A DNA stretch of 64,000 nt. Source: an uncultured Planctomycetaceae bacterium (GTDB taxonomy: Bacteria > Planctomycetota > Planctomycetia > Planctomycetales > Planctomycetaceae). Positions 49,401 to 60,200 of this stretch are shown one piece after another. The stretch lies in NCBI GenBank assembly GCA_903871805.1, contig CAIQIE010000263.1, positions 518 to 64,517 on the forward strand. The letters run 5' to 3'. The notes beneath the pieces were generated by a model. It had not been told where the DNA came from. It did not search any database and was given only the letters and a program-made list of their open reading frames with translations. Within the stretch, counting starts at the first letter, position 1. Every line of letters starts with the position of its first letter. The position numbers and the translations under genes are program-made.

Positions 49401-50245
49401 TCAAAGCCCCCCATTCCGTCAGGCATTCCGGCGTTGGGGTAACAGCTGACAAATGTTGTTGCCATCGACGACAGAGTTTCAAGGTACGGCTTCATCTGCT
49501 TTGGGCCCAAAGCACAGTTGAAGCCAACGCTGACGGCCGGGAAGTGCTGGATTGAAGTGTAGAAGGCTTCCACCGATTGCCCCAGCAGTGTCACCCCGCC
49601 CGCAAACACGGTTCCGGAGATCATGACCGGCAGTTCTCGCCCTTTTTCTTCAAACACCTTCCAGATTGCGAACAGACAGGCTTTCATGTTCAGCGTGTCA
49701 AAGCTGGTTTCCGGAAGCAGCAGGTCACAGCCGCCATCCATCAGGCCACGGACCTGTTCGGCGTATGACTCAACCATCTGATCAAAGGTAAACGGCCGCG
49801 TTCCAGGTTTGTCCGCGTTCATGGACAGCTGAATTTTTGTCGGACCGATACTGCCGGCCACATAGCGTGGCTTACGTGAATTTCGAGCTGTCTCTTTGTC
49901 GGCCACCGCACGCGCCAGTTCTGCGCCCACTTTGTTGATTTCATACGTCAGGTGCGAAAGATGAAATTCTTCCAGTGACACGAGGTTGGCATTGAACGTG
50001 TCCGTCTCGATGATGTCAGCCCCTGCATCGAGATATCGCTGATGAATCCCCGAAATCATCTGCGGCTGTGTCAGTACCAGCAGGTCGGTCGCATTCTTCA
50101 CATCAATCGGATGATTCTTCAGCCGCTCACCCCGATAGAATGCCTCGTCCGGATTTTCGGACATGATGAGCGCGCCCATCGAACCGTCAATGACAAGAAT
50201 GCGTTCGTTCAGAAGTTCACGAATGTCGGGGCGAGAAATGGTCAT
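46475..50245 (-). CDS. metH: Cobalamin-dependent methionine synthase
   Basis: All four modules are present: the Hcy-binding domain (GGCCGTTPE), the pterin-binding domain, the B12-binding domain with the DxHxxG motif ([11 protein letters not shown]), and the AdoMet activation domain. The probable ATG start is at 50245; the ORF track extends to 50326. Confidence 0.95.
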   Translation of the reverse strand: MTISRPDIRELLNERILVIDGSMGALIMSENPDEAFYRGERLKNHPIDVKNATDLLVLTQPQMISGIHQRYLDAGADIIETDTFNANLVSLEEFHLSHLTYEINKVGAELARAVADKETARNSRKPRYVAGSIGPTKIQLSMNADKPGTRPFTFDQMVESYAEQVRGLMDGGCDLLLPETSFDTLNMKACLFAIWKVFEEKGRELPVMISGTVFAGGVTLLGQSVEAFYTSIQHFPAVSVGFNCALGPKQMKPYLETLSSMATTFVSCYPNAGMPDGMGGFDSSAGEFASLLHNAAKSRLLNIVGGCCGTTPEYIRQVTEAVKGLPPRKIPAGNGWSTYSGFDYVALRPEASFLNVGERTNVTGSRKFARLIREEKYDEAISVAREQVEGGANVIDVNMDEGLLDGPRCMEKFLWLIHDDNIKVPVMIDSSDWNVIEAGLKCCHGKSIVNSISLKEGEEKFLQQARLIRRYGAAAIVMAFDETGQATDCENKVRICKRAYRLLIDKADFAPQDIIFDANILTVGTGMEEHANYAVEFIEAVRRIKVECPRAKTSGGVSNVSFSFRGNEAVREAMNAAFLYHAIQAGLDMGIVNPQQLEVYEEIDKELLVFIEDVLLNRRPDATERLIEFAEKVKNRAEGGKKKTDEWRAGSVEERLKHALLKGITDFIDQDTEEARLKYGRPLDIIQGPLMDGMNVIGELFGAGKMFLPQVVKSARVMKKSVAWLEPFMEAEKAAKAVSQMQRFNTSGLFLGAREEAVALAAAAQAVPGATATTSHRGTFLIATVKGDVHDIGKNIVAVVLRCNNFKVIDLGVMVPCETILEEAKKHNADIIGLSGLITPSLEEMITVARTMKEQGCQIPLLIGGATTSAKHTAVKIAPVYDQPVVHVGDASLSVGVVEALLDNDRKPDFIARNLNAQNKQRASFEQRQQQTLVPYQEALAKRFTVDWDTYVPPKPDFLGLRVIHDLPLAELVPYIDWSPFFSSWQLIGKYPKILNDDIVGEEARRLFADAGRELKSMLADRTLSAKAVYGFWPANSDGDDIILWTDESRTTELMRFPMLRQQWERVGQRDFRSLSDYVAPVGSAPDYLGAFAVTAGHGCDQLAKAIEAEGDDYRAIMVKALADRCAEAFAEYLHQKARQEWGYGRSETLTNDQLIDEEYMGLRPAFGYPSCPDHLPKGPLWQLLDAEKNVGMTLTSSYAMWPAASVCGLYFSLPQSRYFAVDRLTRDQVENYAARMKMPVPEMERWLAPNLGYSV

Positions 50246-50800
50246 GCAGTTTTTCGAGTCTGAGGTTTTCTGATTGGCCCGAGAATTTCGGCCGGACGGA
50301 AGGAGCGACTTTGACGGCTCGTGCATCCACGTTTTTCCGTCACCCGCAATTCGACTTTCTTTGGATGCCCGCGGAGTCCAGTGCAGCGGAATCGGGCGGT
50401 TACTTGCCGGCTACCGACTTCACAGACCACCCTGCCGCGATCATATACAGATTGTAAGGCCCATGCAGCCTGAGACAAAGGAGCCAACGCCCGAACACCG
50501 AATTTTCGCCGTTCATTGCCGATTTTAAAAGAGAATTCGCTTTTTCGGGGGAATTCTCGGCGTTTTCCTGCTCTCCTGGAACTGGTGTAAGTTGCCGGAA
50601 GGTCGGTTTGCAGGGGCTCTTCGGAATTTTCTGACAGGACTGCCGCTGCGACATCACGCAAGAGGCCGCTGATGCGTCTCCCGTTGTTTCCTGCGAATCC
50701 CCGATCTGCCGGGACTCGTCGATTGAAGTCGGGGCTTCAGAACACCAGAATCGAGTCTGAATAGACTTTCCTGTCCGCATACCCGCCGGAGATCTGCGAA

Positions 50801-52216
50801 ATGCGCTTCTGCTCTCGACTCGTCCTTGCAATCACCACCACTGTACTCTGCGGTCTTTCTCCGACTGCTGCCTGTCGGGCGGATGTCGGCGTCGGGGCTC
50901 GGCCCAACGAAGGGGCAGAGATGCTGCTGGATGGTTCACGCGAAATGCTGGACCAGAAGTGGACTTACTGGCAGGGTCCCGGCTTCAAGTCGTCACTGCC
51001 CGTCAAATGGAAAATTGTTGACGACCCCGTCGATGAAGGAACGGCAGTGATGACCGATGACCCAGCGGCGGCTGGTGGACGTTTCGGGGCGGCTGACCTC
51101 GTCACTAAAAAGGAGTACCGGGATTTTCGGCTGCATGTCGAATTTCTGATTGCAAATCCCGGTGGAAACAGTGGCGTATACCTTCAGAACCGACACGAGA
51201 TTCAGGTGCTGGACGGTGACAATACGTCTCATGGAATGGGGGCCGTCATCAACGAAAGTGATTCCCCCTATGCGGCCTATAACGGGCGTGGCAGCTGGAA
51301 TGCTTACGATGTGGTCTACCGCGCTGCTCGTTTCACAGACGGTAAGCGGACCGAGAAAGCCCGCTTGACCATGTACTTCAATGGTCAGAAGGTACACAAA
51401 AACTTTGACATCAATCAGGTCTGGGGAGGCCCCAACTCCGGAATCGATGGCGGTAATGATGGTGGCAAAGGAATCACAGACACACCCGGCGGACTGAAGC
51501 TGCAGTGTGAAGGTCATGATGTGCGGTACCGAAACATATGGATCAAAGAGTTGAATCTGACAACGGCGGAAACGGACTTTGACGAACCGCCCGCAGTTGT
51601 TGCTCGTATTCCCAAAACAGAAAGCGCGCAGGCACTATTTAATGGACGTGATCTGACAGGATGGGTCGGCGATGAAACACGCTGGTCGGTAAAGAATGGA
51701 ATGATCCGCGGCGCCAACGAAGATCAGGTTGTCAGCAGCACCTATCTGTTTACAGCGAAGAAGTACCGGCAGTTCAGACTCCTGCTGGAAGTAAAGCAGA
51801 CGTTGAGTGATCGACATTCCACGATGCACTCGGCAGTCGCAGCGCTGGGAGAATCGTTTACGGATGCCGGCGAAAACAAGTTTGGTTTTCGCGGGCCACT
51901 GCTGATGTTCTGCCATGACTGGGGTATCTGGGATGCTCATCGGCGTAATCGCGTTGTGCCTGGTGGTGAAGGCGGGGGCGTAGAAAAGAAAGGCGAATGG
52001 AATCAAATCGAAATCCTGGTGATCGGCGACCGAATTCGGTTTGCTGCCAATGGCCGCGAGATCTTTGATTTCACCGACAAAGCCGAAATGCTGCAGAACA
52101 GTCCAATCGGACTGCAACTGCACAGCAATGGTCAGCCGCAGGAATACCATTTTCGAACGATCCTGCTCTCAGAAAATCCCGGGCCGGAACTTGTGACCGT
52201 CGCTCCCGGCAGATAG
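50801..52216 (+). CDS. Secreted protein with two DUF1080 (3-keto-disaccharide hydrolase-like, LamG-fold) domains
   Basis: Signal peptide, then two modules of about 200 aa with DUF1080-type blocks (KEYRDFRLHVEF, NSGVYLQNRHEIQVLD, GHDVRYRNIWIKEL; LFNGRDLTGWVGDETRWSVKNGMIRG, KKYRQFRLLLEV, QEYHFRTILLSE). Confidence 0.85.
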   Translation: MRFCSRLVLAITTTVLCGLSPTAACRADVGVGARPNEGAEMLLDGSREMLDQKWTYWQGPGFKSSLPVKWKIVDDPVDEGTAVMTDDPAAAGGRFGAADLVTKKEYRDFRLHVEFLIANPGGNSGVYLQNRHEIQVLDGDNTSHGMGAVINESDSPYAAYNGRGSWNAYDVVYRAARFTDGKRTEKARLTMYFNGQKVHKNFDINQVWGGPNSGIDGGNDGGKGITDTPGGLKLQCEGHDVRYRNIWIKELNLTTAETDFDEPPAVVARIPKTESAQALFNGRDLTGWVGDETRWSVKNGMIRGANEDQVVSSTYLFTAKKYRQFRLLLEVKQTLSDRHSTMHSAVAALGESFTDAGENKFGFRGPLLMFCHDWGIWDAHRRNRVVPGGEGGGVEKKGEWNQIEILVIGDRIRFAANGREIFDFTDKAEMLQNSPIGLQLHSNGQPQEYHFRTILLSENPGPELVTVAPGR

Positions 52217-52314
52217 TGCCGCCTGCCGCAAACCGTCCGGAATGCTTTTCAAGCCTGCTGAAAAAAACGTTCGCTTGCTGACTGCTGGAAGAATACTTCA
52301 CCCCCAATTACCGC

Positions 52315-55300
52315 GTGCTTCGGAAATTCAGGATTCGGTGCGACATGCTGTTTCAGGTCCAAATTGTTTCTGTACTCGCAATGCTTTCCCTGGTGCTTTC
52401 GGATTCTTTTGGTCAGGGACAGTCTCTGGAGGAATCGCTGAAATCTATTCCAGGCCAGGTGCTGGCGGCAGAGGCGGCGCAGGCTGGCGATGCTGTGCGG
52501 GGAGCAATCGTATTTCATCAGCAGCAAATGCAGTGCTCAAAATGCCATACGGTCGGTCAGACCGACCTGCTTCTGGCTGGCCCCAATCTGACAGCCATCG
52601 GATTGCAGGAATCCGATGCCGCTCTGGTGGAATCCGTGCTGATGCCCTCGAAAGTGATTCGGAAAGGCTTTGAGACCACCACCATTTTGATGAAGGATGG
52701 CAAAACAGTCGCTGGCCTGCTGACAGAACGGACGGATCAGTACGTTATCCTGAAGGATCCAGCGCGATTCGGAGAATCTGTACGAATTCCTATCGAAGAG
52801 ATCGATGAGATTGTCGCGAGCGAAGTGTCCCTGATGCCCGTCGGGCAGGTCAATCAGCTCAGCAGCCGCCAGCAGTTTCTGGATTTGATTCGCTACCTTA
52901 TGGAGATTCGTAACGGGGGTGCGAAGCGCGCTCGTGAACTTCAGCCATCGCCCGCCCTGCTGACTTTTCAGATTCCGGAGTATGAACAAACGATTGACCA
53001 CGCCGGCTTTCTGAGAGGTCTGGATCAGGAATCCTTTAAACGGGGCGAGGCAATCTATCAGCGGGTCTGTCGAAACTGCCATGGCACAAAGGACGAGCCC
53101 GGATCTTTGCCGACGTCGCTGCGATTCGCCGAAGGAAAGTTTCGCAGTGGTCATGATCCATTCACAATGTACCAGACGCTGACCCGAGGCTTCGGGCTGA
53201 TGGCCGCTCAGACATGGATGGTTCCGTCGCAGAAATATGATGTCATCCATTATATACGGGAAACTTTCCTGCGTCCCCATAACCCATCGCAGTGGAGCGA
53301 GATGACAGAGGTCTACCTTGCGAATCTGCCGCAGGGTGATTCCCGCGGGCCTGAACCTGGCAACATTCAACCGTGGAGTGCCATGGACTATGGCCCCGCT
53401 CTTACGCATTCCTATGAAATACCCGGAGGCCCGCTGAATATCGCTCAGAAGGGAATGGCTATTCGGCTGGATCCCGGCGCCGGTGGAGTCTCCCGCGGAC
53501 AACACTGGATGATTTTCGACACAGACACCCTGCGAATGGCTGCTGCATGGAGTTCCCCGGAAAAACAGGATTCCGAACGAAATTTTATTGACTGGCGCGG
53601 AATTCAGTTCAACGGCGAACACCAGATTCATCCTCGAATCAGTGGAACGGTGACTGCGGAAAATTCCAACGGCCCGGGATGGGCGGATCCCCGGACGGGA
53701 AGTCTGACCGATGATCAGCGTGTTGAGGGACGCGATGGCAGACGCTACGGTCCACTACCGCGAACATGGGGACGTTTCCGCGGTCAGTATCTGTACCAGA
53801 ACAAAGTTATTCTGGCCTATGACGTCGGGGGCGCAGAGATTCTGGAAATGCCAGGAGTTCTGGGGGAGTCAGCAGAGAATTCGCACGCTGTATTTACTCG
53901 TACGTTGAATATCGGACCACGCCGGCAGGAACTGCTGCTGCAGGTTTGCGAGCAGAAGGGCGCGGGGCTGATCACTGGACAAAACCCGGCGGCCAGGACC
54001 GCTGGTGATCGGTCCGTACTTTTTGGCCGTCACGCGGAAGCTGACGAGGCGGCTGGGGCAGCAGCGCCCCTGCGATTTGATGGTTCTACGTTCGTGGAAC
54101 TTTCTGACGCATCGGGCCTTGATATGACCCGTCAGGATTTCACGATCACGGCGCGTCTGAAAACCACCGCCAACGGAACCATTTTCTCGCTGTCGGGAGC
54201 TGGCGAAAAATGGATGCCCGATGGTCAGACATTTTTTGTGAGTGACGGCCATCTTGGGTTTGATATCGGCTGGGTGGGAGCCGTGAAGTCCGGCCGAAAG
54301 GTCAACGATGATAAATGGCATACGGTGGCGGTGACCTGGGATCACGTTGAAAGGAAGGTACAGTTGTGGATTGATGGACAGTTGGACGGAAGCGGAGTGT
54401 TGTCTGCAGGGGCGCGACCGGAGAACGCTGTCGCTCGGATCGGATTCACCAGGCAGGACTTTCCGCAGCCGGAAACCTTCTTCACGGGGAACCTGCAGAA
54501 TGTGCGTTTCTTTCAGCGAGCCCTCACCAATCAACGACTAAGAGATGAAGAGACATTGGCTGAAGCGTCAGAAGGGCTTCGGGGACACTGGGTATTCGCA
54601 GGGGCTGCGGGGGAAAGCATTATCGATGCCTCGGGGAATCAGAAGCCTGCCCGGATTCGCCGCGGGAAAGCAACCGCACCGATTGATGTACCGATCGCCG
54701 CCGGTATATCCCCCGACGTTTCCGATCTCGACTGGGTCGTCAAGGAAGACCAGTTGTGTCTGAGAATTCCTGCGGGGTCGGAATCACTGAGGTTTACGCT
54801 CTGGATGGCAGCTCATCCAAATTCCCAGGAACCGGCACCGGATCCTGCAATTCCCGATGCGGGGGCTGATTTGAAAGCCCTGACACAGGGGGGACCAGCA
54901 CGATGGCCGCAGAAACTCGTGACGCGGATTGCCCCAATGAGCGACCAGGGGGCATTTGCCTCAGATCTGTTGACAGCGCCAGAAACTAACCCATGGCTGG
55001 CACAGACACGTTTTACCGGACTGGATTTCTTCGCGGATGGTCGTATGGCGGCCTGCACCTGGGACGGTGATGTCTGGGTAATCTCCGGCGTCCCGGATGG
55101 GCCGGAACTGCAATGGCAGCGAATTGTCTCGGGGCTATATCAGCCGCTGGGTCTGAAAATTCTGAATGATACTATTTATCTGACATGCCGGGACCAGCTG
55201 GCTGTCCTTCGTGATCTGAACGGCGATGGAGAAACGGACTTTGTGGAGTGCCTGAATAATGACCATCAGGTCACCGAGCACTTTCATGAATTTGCTATGG

Positions 55301-56280
55301 GGCTTCAAGCGGATGAGTCTGGTAACTTCTACTATGCGAAATCGGGCAGGCATGCATTGGAAGCCGTTGTGCCACATCATGGCACGCTGCTCCGCGTTTC
55401 TCCGGACGGAACGCGGACGGATATTGTCGCCACAGGATTTCGAGCAGCCAATGGAGTTTGCCTGAATCCGGATGGCTCGTTCGTCGTGACAGATCAGGAG
55501 GGATTCTGGAATCCAAAAAATCGCATCAACTGGGTAACGCCGGGGGCACAGGGAAAACCAGGATTCTACGGCAACATGTTTGGCTACCATGATGTCACCG
55601 ATTCCTCTGATTCAGCGATGGAACCTCCACTTTGCTGGATCACCAATGAGTTCGATCGATCTCCCGGAGAGTTACTCTGGGTAAACAGCCATAAATGGGG
55701 ACCACTGAATGGATCGTTGCTGAATCTATCCTATGGATACGGCAAGGTCTTTCTGGTGCCGCATGAATCAGTCGGAGGACAGATGCAGGGAGGCATGATT
55801 GAACTGCCGATACCGGCATTTCCTGCCGGCATCATGCGCGGACGATTTCATCCCAAAGACGGACAGCTGTATCTGTGTGGCATGTTTGCATGGGCCGGCA
55901 GCGCAACGCATCCTGGCGGGATCTACAGACTGCGGACAACTGGAAAAGAAATGCATTTGCCGGTTCAACTGCACGCAGAAAAGCAGGGGATCTCGCTGGG
56001 TTTCACGGCACCCATTGACATCTCCAGCGTCACCCCGGAAAACTTTGAAATCAAAGTCTGGGATTTGAAAAGGACGGCTGGTTACGGGTCACAACACTTC
56101 AACGAACGTCCGTTGGAAGTTTCAGCGGCCAATGTCAGCGACGACGGCCTGCACGTGACCGTGCAGATCCCGAAACTGGGGCCAACCTGGGGTATGGAAA
56201 TCAGGTACAGCCTGAAATCCAGATCAGGAGAACCAGTCGATGGCAGAATTCACAATACGATTCACCATTTCCCGGAATAA
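52315..56280 (+). CDS. Large secreted dihaem cytochrome c / LamG / beta-propeller protein (PVC-type haem-binding CxxCH family)
   Basis: It has two CxxCH sites (CSKCHTVG, CRNCHGT) and a LamG/ConA-like block (FTITARLKTT...DDKWHTVAVTWD...LWIDGQLDG). The C-terminal region resembles glucose/sorbosone-dehydrogenase-like propellers. The signal-peptide-like start is at the ATG at 52345 (MLFQVQIVSVLAMLSLVL). Confidence 0.8.
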   Translation: MLRKFRIRCDMLFQVQIVSVLAMLSLVLSDSFGQGQSLEESLKSIPGQVLAAEAAQAGDAVRGAIVFHQQQMQCSKCHTVGQTDLLLAGPNLTAIGLQESDAALVESVLMPSKVIRKGFETTTILMKDGKTVAGLLTERTDQYVILKDPARFGESVRIPIEEIDEIVASEVSLMPVGQVNQLSSRQQFLDLIRYLMEIRNGGAKRARELQPSPALLTFQIPEYEQTIDHAGFLRGLDQESFKRGEAIYQRVCRNCHGTKDEPGSLPTSLRFAEGKFRSGHDPFTMYQTLTRGFGLMAAQTWMVPSQKYDVIHYIRETFLRPHNPSQWSEMTEVYLANLPQGDSRGPEPGNIQPWSAMDYGPALTHSYEIPGGPLNIAQKGMAIRLDPGAGGVSRGQHWMIFDTDTLRMAAAWSSPEKQDSERNFIDWRGIQFNGEHQIHPRISGTVTAENSNGPGWADPRTGSLTDDQRVEGRDGRRYGPLPRTWGRFRGQYLYQNKVILAYDVGGAEILEMPGVLGESAENSHAVFTRTLNIGPRRQELLLQVCEQKGAGLITGQNPAARTAGDRSVLFGRHAEADEAAGAAAPLRFDGSTFVELSDASGLDMTRQDFTITARLKTTANGTIFSLSGAGEKWMPDGQTFFVSDGHLGFDIGWVGAVKSGRKVNDDKWHTVAVTWDHVERKVQLWIDGQLDGSGVLSAGARPENAVARIGFTRQDFPQPETFFTGNLQNVRFFQRALTNQRLRDEETLAEASEGLRGHWVFAGAAGESIIDASGNQKPARIRRGKATAPIDVPIAAGISPDVSDLDWVVKEDQLCLRIPAGSESLRFTLWMAAHPNSQEPAPDPAIPDAGADLKALTQGGPARWPQKLVTRIAPMSDQGAFASDLLTAPETNPWLAQTRFTGLDFFADGRMAACTWDGDVWVISGVPDGPELQWQRIVSGLYQPLGLKILNDTIYLTCRDQLAVLRDLNGDGETDFVECLNNDHQVTEHFHEFAMGLQADESGNFYYAKSGRHALEAVVPHHGTLLRVSPDGTRTDIVATGFRAANGVCLNPDGSFVVTDQEGFWNPKNRINWVTPGAQGKPGFYGNMFGYHDVTDSSDSAMEPPLCWITNEFDRSPGELLWVNSHKWGPLNGSLLNLSYGYGKVFLVPHESVGGQMQGGMIELPIPAFPAGIMRGRFHPKDGQLYLCGMFAWAGSATHPGGIYRLRTTGKEMHLPVQLHAEKQGISLGFTAPIDISSVTPENFEIKVWDLKRTAGYGSQHFNERPLEVSAANVSDDGLHVTVQIPKLGPTWGMEIRYSLKSRSGEPVDGRIHNTIHHFPE

Positions 56281-56753
56281 CGACTTTGCCTTGGTCGGGT
56301 CTGCGGACAGTTGCTGTCTACTCGCCGCAATGACGCCGGAAGTCCCTCGATAGCCGTCCCCGGGTCCTGCCCGGGGAAGGCGATCGGGCGATTAGCGGCT
56401 GGGGCTTCTACTATTGCCTCGCCACCTCCTGCACTGAGTGCCCGGGACTGGATTTCGTTGCGGCCAGTGTCGCTCGGCGCTAATGGTGGGCCGTCGCGCG
56501 GGGCCATCCACCCTGTTCTTCCTGGCAGGAAGTGGCGTGAAATTCGAATTCAGCGGTTCAACCCAATCTCTGGATTAGGCGCGTTGACGGCTGCGCCCGG
56601 TCTCTTCCCCGGTCATTCTCGCGTTATCGGCAGCGTGTTCTCACAGCCACGCACTGCTGCAGGCTCCGGGCAGCCTTCCGAGTCCATTGGCGAGGAACGC
56701 ATTGCCGGCCGCAAGTGCTTGTCAATTTGAGGTTTGCAGCCGCAGGTGCCAGG

Positions 56754-56889
56754 CACCATGGGTGCGCCACCATGGGTGCGCCACCATGGGTGCGCCACCA
56801 TGGGTGCGCCACCATGGGTGCGCCACCATGGGTGCGCCACCATGGGTGCGCCACCATGGGTGCGCCACCATGGGTGCGCCATGGGTGCG
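56754..56889. repeat. Perfect 14-bp tandem repeat (CACCATGGGTGCGC), 9 full copies plus one 11-bp truncated copy
   Basis: Read directly from the sequence. Copies run head-to-tail from 56754 to 56879 with no mismatch, then CATGGGTGCG(G). A degenerate half-unit precedes the array at 56745-56753. The array is intergenic, about 360 bp upstream of the 57247 start. Confidence 0.97.
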
Positions 56890-57246
56890 GAATTTTTGCC
56901 CTGGCAGCGTTCGGAGGGCCCCAGTGAGAATGTTGAGAAGGGGGGCCGATTCGGGGTGGGTGGCCCAGTGGGGGTTGAGATTTAGAGCAGGGTTTTCCGG
57001 AGGTGGAGGTGCTGCAGAAATTGCCGGTCGACTGGGGAGCCGGCATTTCCGGCATCTGGTGTATGAGGCCAATCGGCAGTTTCAGGACAATTGGAGTGAT
57101 CGGCAGAACTGTTGAATTCAGAATCATCCACATATCCCGCACATTTTAACTCAACCTGAGGACCAGAATCGTCCGATCGAAAAGAGTAACCGTCACTGCC
57201 GGCGCATCCGGCACACTCCGTTAATACGGCTCGATCGGAACAATCG

Positions 57247-60200
57247 ATGAAACCCACGCGAATCTTTGCCACGGCCTCTCTGTTTTTCAGCAGCATTGCT
57301 CTGATAACGGCGGCGAACATCTCTGCAGGAGATGAGGGCGTTGTCCGGATGTCCTCGTTAAGACCCCAGGAAGGCTCGGTGCCAGTGGCCACGCCGGATC
57401 CTGTGGGTTCCGGGCTTGTACCTCCTTCGTCAGAGGGAACAGCGACTGTGCCTCGGGCGGGAACACCATTGCCTCAGGCGGTTGCTCCGGAGATGTATCC
57501 GCAGCCGAACAGCTATTCGCCTTACTTTGAGCGAACACTGGGGGCCACGGAAGTGGTTCCAGGGGCTGGCTATCGTCCGGAAGCTCCATTTGGCCCGATC
57601 ATGATGTTCGAAACGAACATTGGAAGTGGTCTGGGCTACGACAAGGGCTACCAGCGGCTGAACGCTCGTGTGCCTTACCACATCATCCCGAACACCACGG
57701 TGCTTCTGGGGGACGTTTCAGCGTCCGTGACGTGGGATGGCATGCCGGTCTTCAGTGGTGGCGGCATCTACCGTAACTACGATCCATTCCGGAATCGGAT
57801 CTTTGGTTCCAACGCCTACTTCGACTACGACAAGGGTTACGGCAACGCTGAGTGGACACGAGCCACGGTGGGGCTTGAGTCTCTGGGTAAGTACATTGAC
57901 TTCCGTGCCAATGCCTACATTGTGGCGGGAAGTGATTCCCAGTTGCTCAGCAGTACTCTGCTGCCGGACATCCAGTTGATGGCCAACTCGATTTACAAGA
58001 CTCGGGTTGATGTCCGTGACAATGCCTACTCCGGCGGTGACTTTGAAGTTGGGGGGCCTCTTCCGCTGCTTGGAAAATACGGGATGAACATGTATCCCGG
58101 AGCGTACTTCCTGACCAACAGCTATGGCGGCAGTTCCGTTGGTGCTCAGATTCGATGGGAAGCTCTGATCACTCAGAATCTGACCGTGAATACCTACCTG
58201 ACCCACGACGGAACATTTGACACAAATGCATGGGTGAATCTCCAGTACGAAATTCCGAACTATCGGCAGAAGCGAACTCTGCGAGACCGCGGAACTCGTG
58301 AACGCCTGATGGACCCCGTGGTTCGTGCCGGCCGAATTCATTCCCGCATCGATACGCTGTCAAATCATGAAGCACAGATCAACCCGATGACCGGTCTGGC
58401 GTGGAACCTGATTCACGTAGACCCGAACCTGCTCGCCGCAGGCGACGGTTCCTACGAGAATCCTTTCAATACAATGCAGGCCGCGAAGGTGGCTAACAAT
58501 GCCGGTGTGGACATTCTTCGCATTCGTCCACGTGAGGACGACACGGGAACTAATCTGACGGTGAACGGGGGAATGGGGTTGTTTGATGATCAGATCCTGA
58601 TGTCATCACTGGTTCCACTGGAGCTGGCCCCGGACTGTATCATTCCTACGGATGATCTGACCAACGCACCACTGGCACCACTGATTTCTGATCCGGTGAT
58701 GGTTGCCGGTGGCAGTGTGATTCGTCTGGCCAACAACAACTCGGTGCTGGGTCTGCGAATTGACGGAGCCAACGCTGCTGGCACTGTGTTCGGAAACGCC
58801 ATCTCCAATCCACTTCCGATCACCAACGTAAACCTGACCGGGAACACCTTCTCACAGTATGTGAACGGAGCCAACCTGCAGGATGTGTCTGGACGGGTGA
58901 TTGTACAGAACAACATCTTCGACGGACTTCTTGGGGTATCCGAGAACGGTCTGAATCTGTCGGTGGCCGGTGGTTCTTCCGCCAATGTTCTTGTGGCGGA
59001 CAACACGGCATCCGACAACAGCGGAGCGGGCCTGAAGATTGTTGCCGGCCCGGGGTCAACACTGAACGCTGACAACCCGCTGGGATCAGCACCAACAGGG
59101 ATCCTGAACAACGTGGCCAGCGGCAACGGCACAGGCATCAGCATTGAGGCAAAAACCGGATCAACGGTGAATGCGGTTGTCGAAGGCAATACAGCTGAGC
59201 AGAACACCTTTGATGGTCTGCAGATGGTGGCTGACAATTCCACCTTCAATCTGGCCAGCATGGCTCAGAACAAGCTGAATGACAACATTGGAAATGGTAC
59301 CTTTATTCATTACCTGAATGGCGGCACCTTCAATGCTGTCTCAGAAGATGCCAATGGAAACGGAATACTTGAGCCGGGCGAAGACCTGAACGGCAATGGT
59401 CGCCTTGATCAGGGGATAGTTTCCAACGTGATGAGCAACAACCAGATCGCCGGAATCTGCATCTTTGGTGAAGACGCCAGTGCGGGTGTGTTCGATATTG
59501 GTGGCCCGCGTCCATCTCTGGGCAACATGATGATGGGTAATCGGGAAGGCGGCCTGCTGGTTGACCTGAAAGATACAGCCACAGCTCAGACGGATGCTCT
59601 GTTCAATACGATTCAGGGCGGAAACTCAAAGCCAGGCCTGACTGTGGTTCTGGACTTCATCGACCCGGCCCAGGGCACGGTAGTGGACGCCAACGGTCGG
59701 GCAGTGGGACCTTTCGATCTTGCATCCTACGGATTTAACCCATCGCAGTATGACCTTGTCACACGGGCGATTATGGCAACGGTGGAAGATCACTATAAAA
59801 ACCTTCCGACCAATGCAGACAATCCACTCAGTTCAATTCCTGATGGAGAAGAACTGGACATTGACTTTGTCATCGGAGATACGGGAACCGCACCATCGAA
59901 TGGGGCTACTGAGTACTACGTTGTGACAATTGGTGACAGCACAGCGGCTCCGGCGGGTCTTGCTGGACAGTCTGCTGACATTGGCAACATCCGTGACAAA
60001 AACGGAAATGGCCCGGGACAGGGATTGCTCGGATACCCTCAGGTTAACGGAGCGTCCGCTGTTGGCGTGTATACCAACAACGTCAATCAGCTGAGTTCAC
60101 TGCTGAATCCGCCAAATGCCTTCGGTGGCGCTGTCAACGATGGAATTCGGGTGGACCCCAACAACTCTGCTCCTTATGCAATCACTGCTCTGACGTCAGG

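Noticed and set aside
50246-50560. The long metH 5' leader as a cobalamin, SAM or SAH riboswitch. The minus strand has GGTGGTCTGTGAAGTCGG...CCGCTGCACTGG...AGTCGAATTGCGGG.
   Set aside because: There are only loose resemblances to the GCCACTG core and B12 box, and not in a form I can fold into the consensus. The AGGAGCG-type SAH-like element is on the wrong strand. An Rfam/Infernal scan would settle this.
56754-56889. Possible CRISPR array.
   Set aside because: The repeats are 14 bp and directly abutting with no spacers. No cas genes are present in the window.
56613-57142. Six overlapping ORFs on both strands (70-172 aa) encoding HGCATMGAPPWVR / AHPWWRTHGGAPMV peptide repeats.
   Set aside because: They exist only because the 14-bp tandem repeat contains no stop in any frame. 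All frames being open simultaneously, together with a period that is not a multiple of 3, argues for non-coding DNA.
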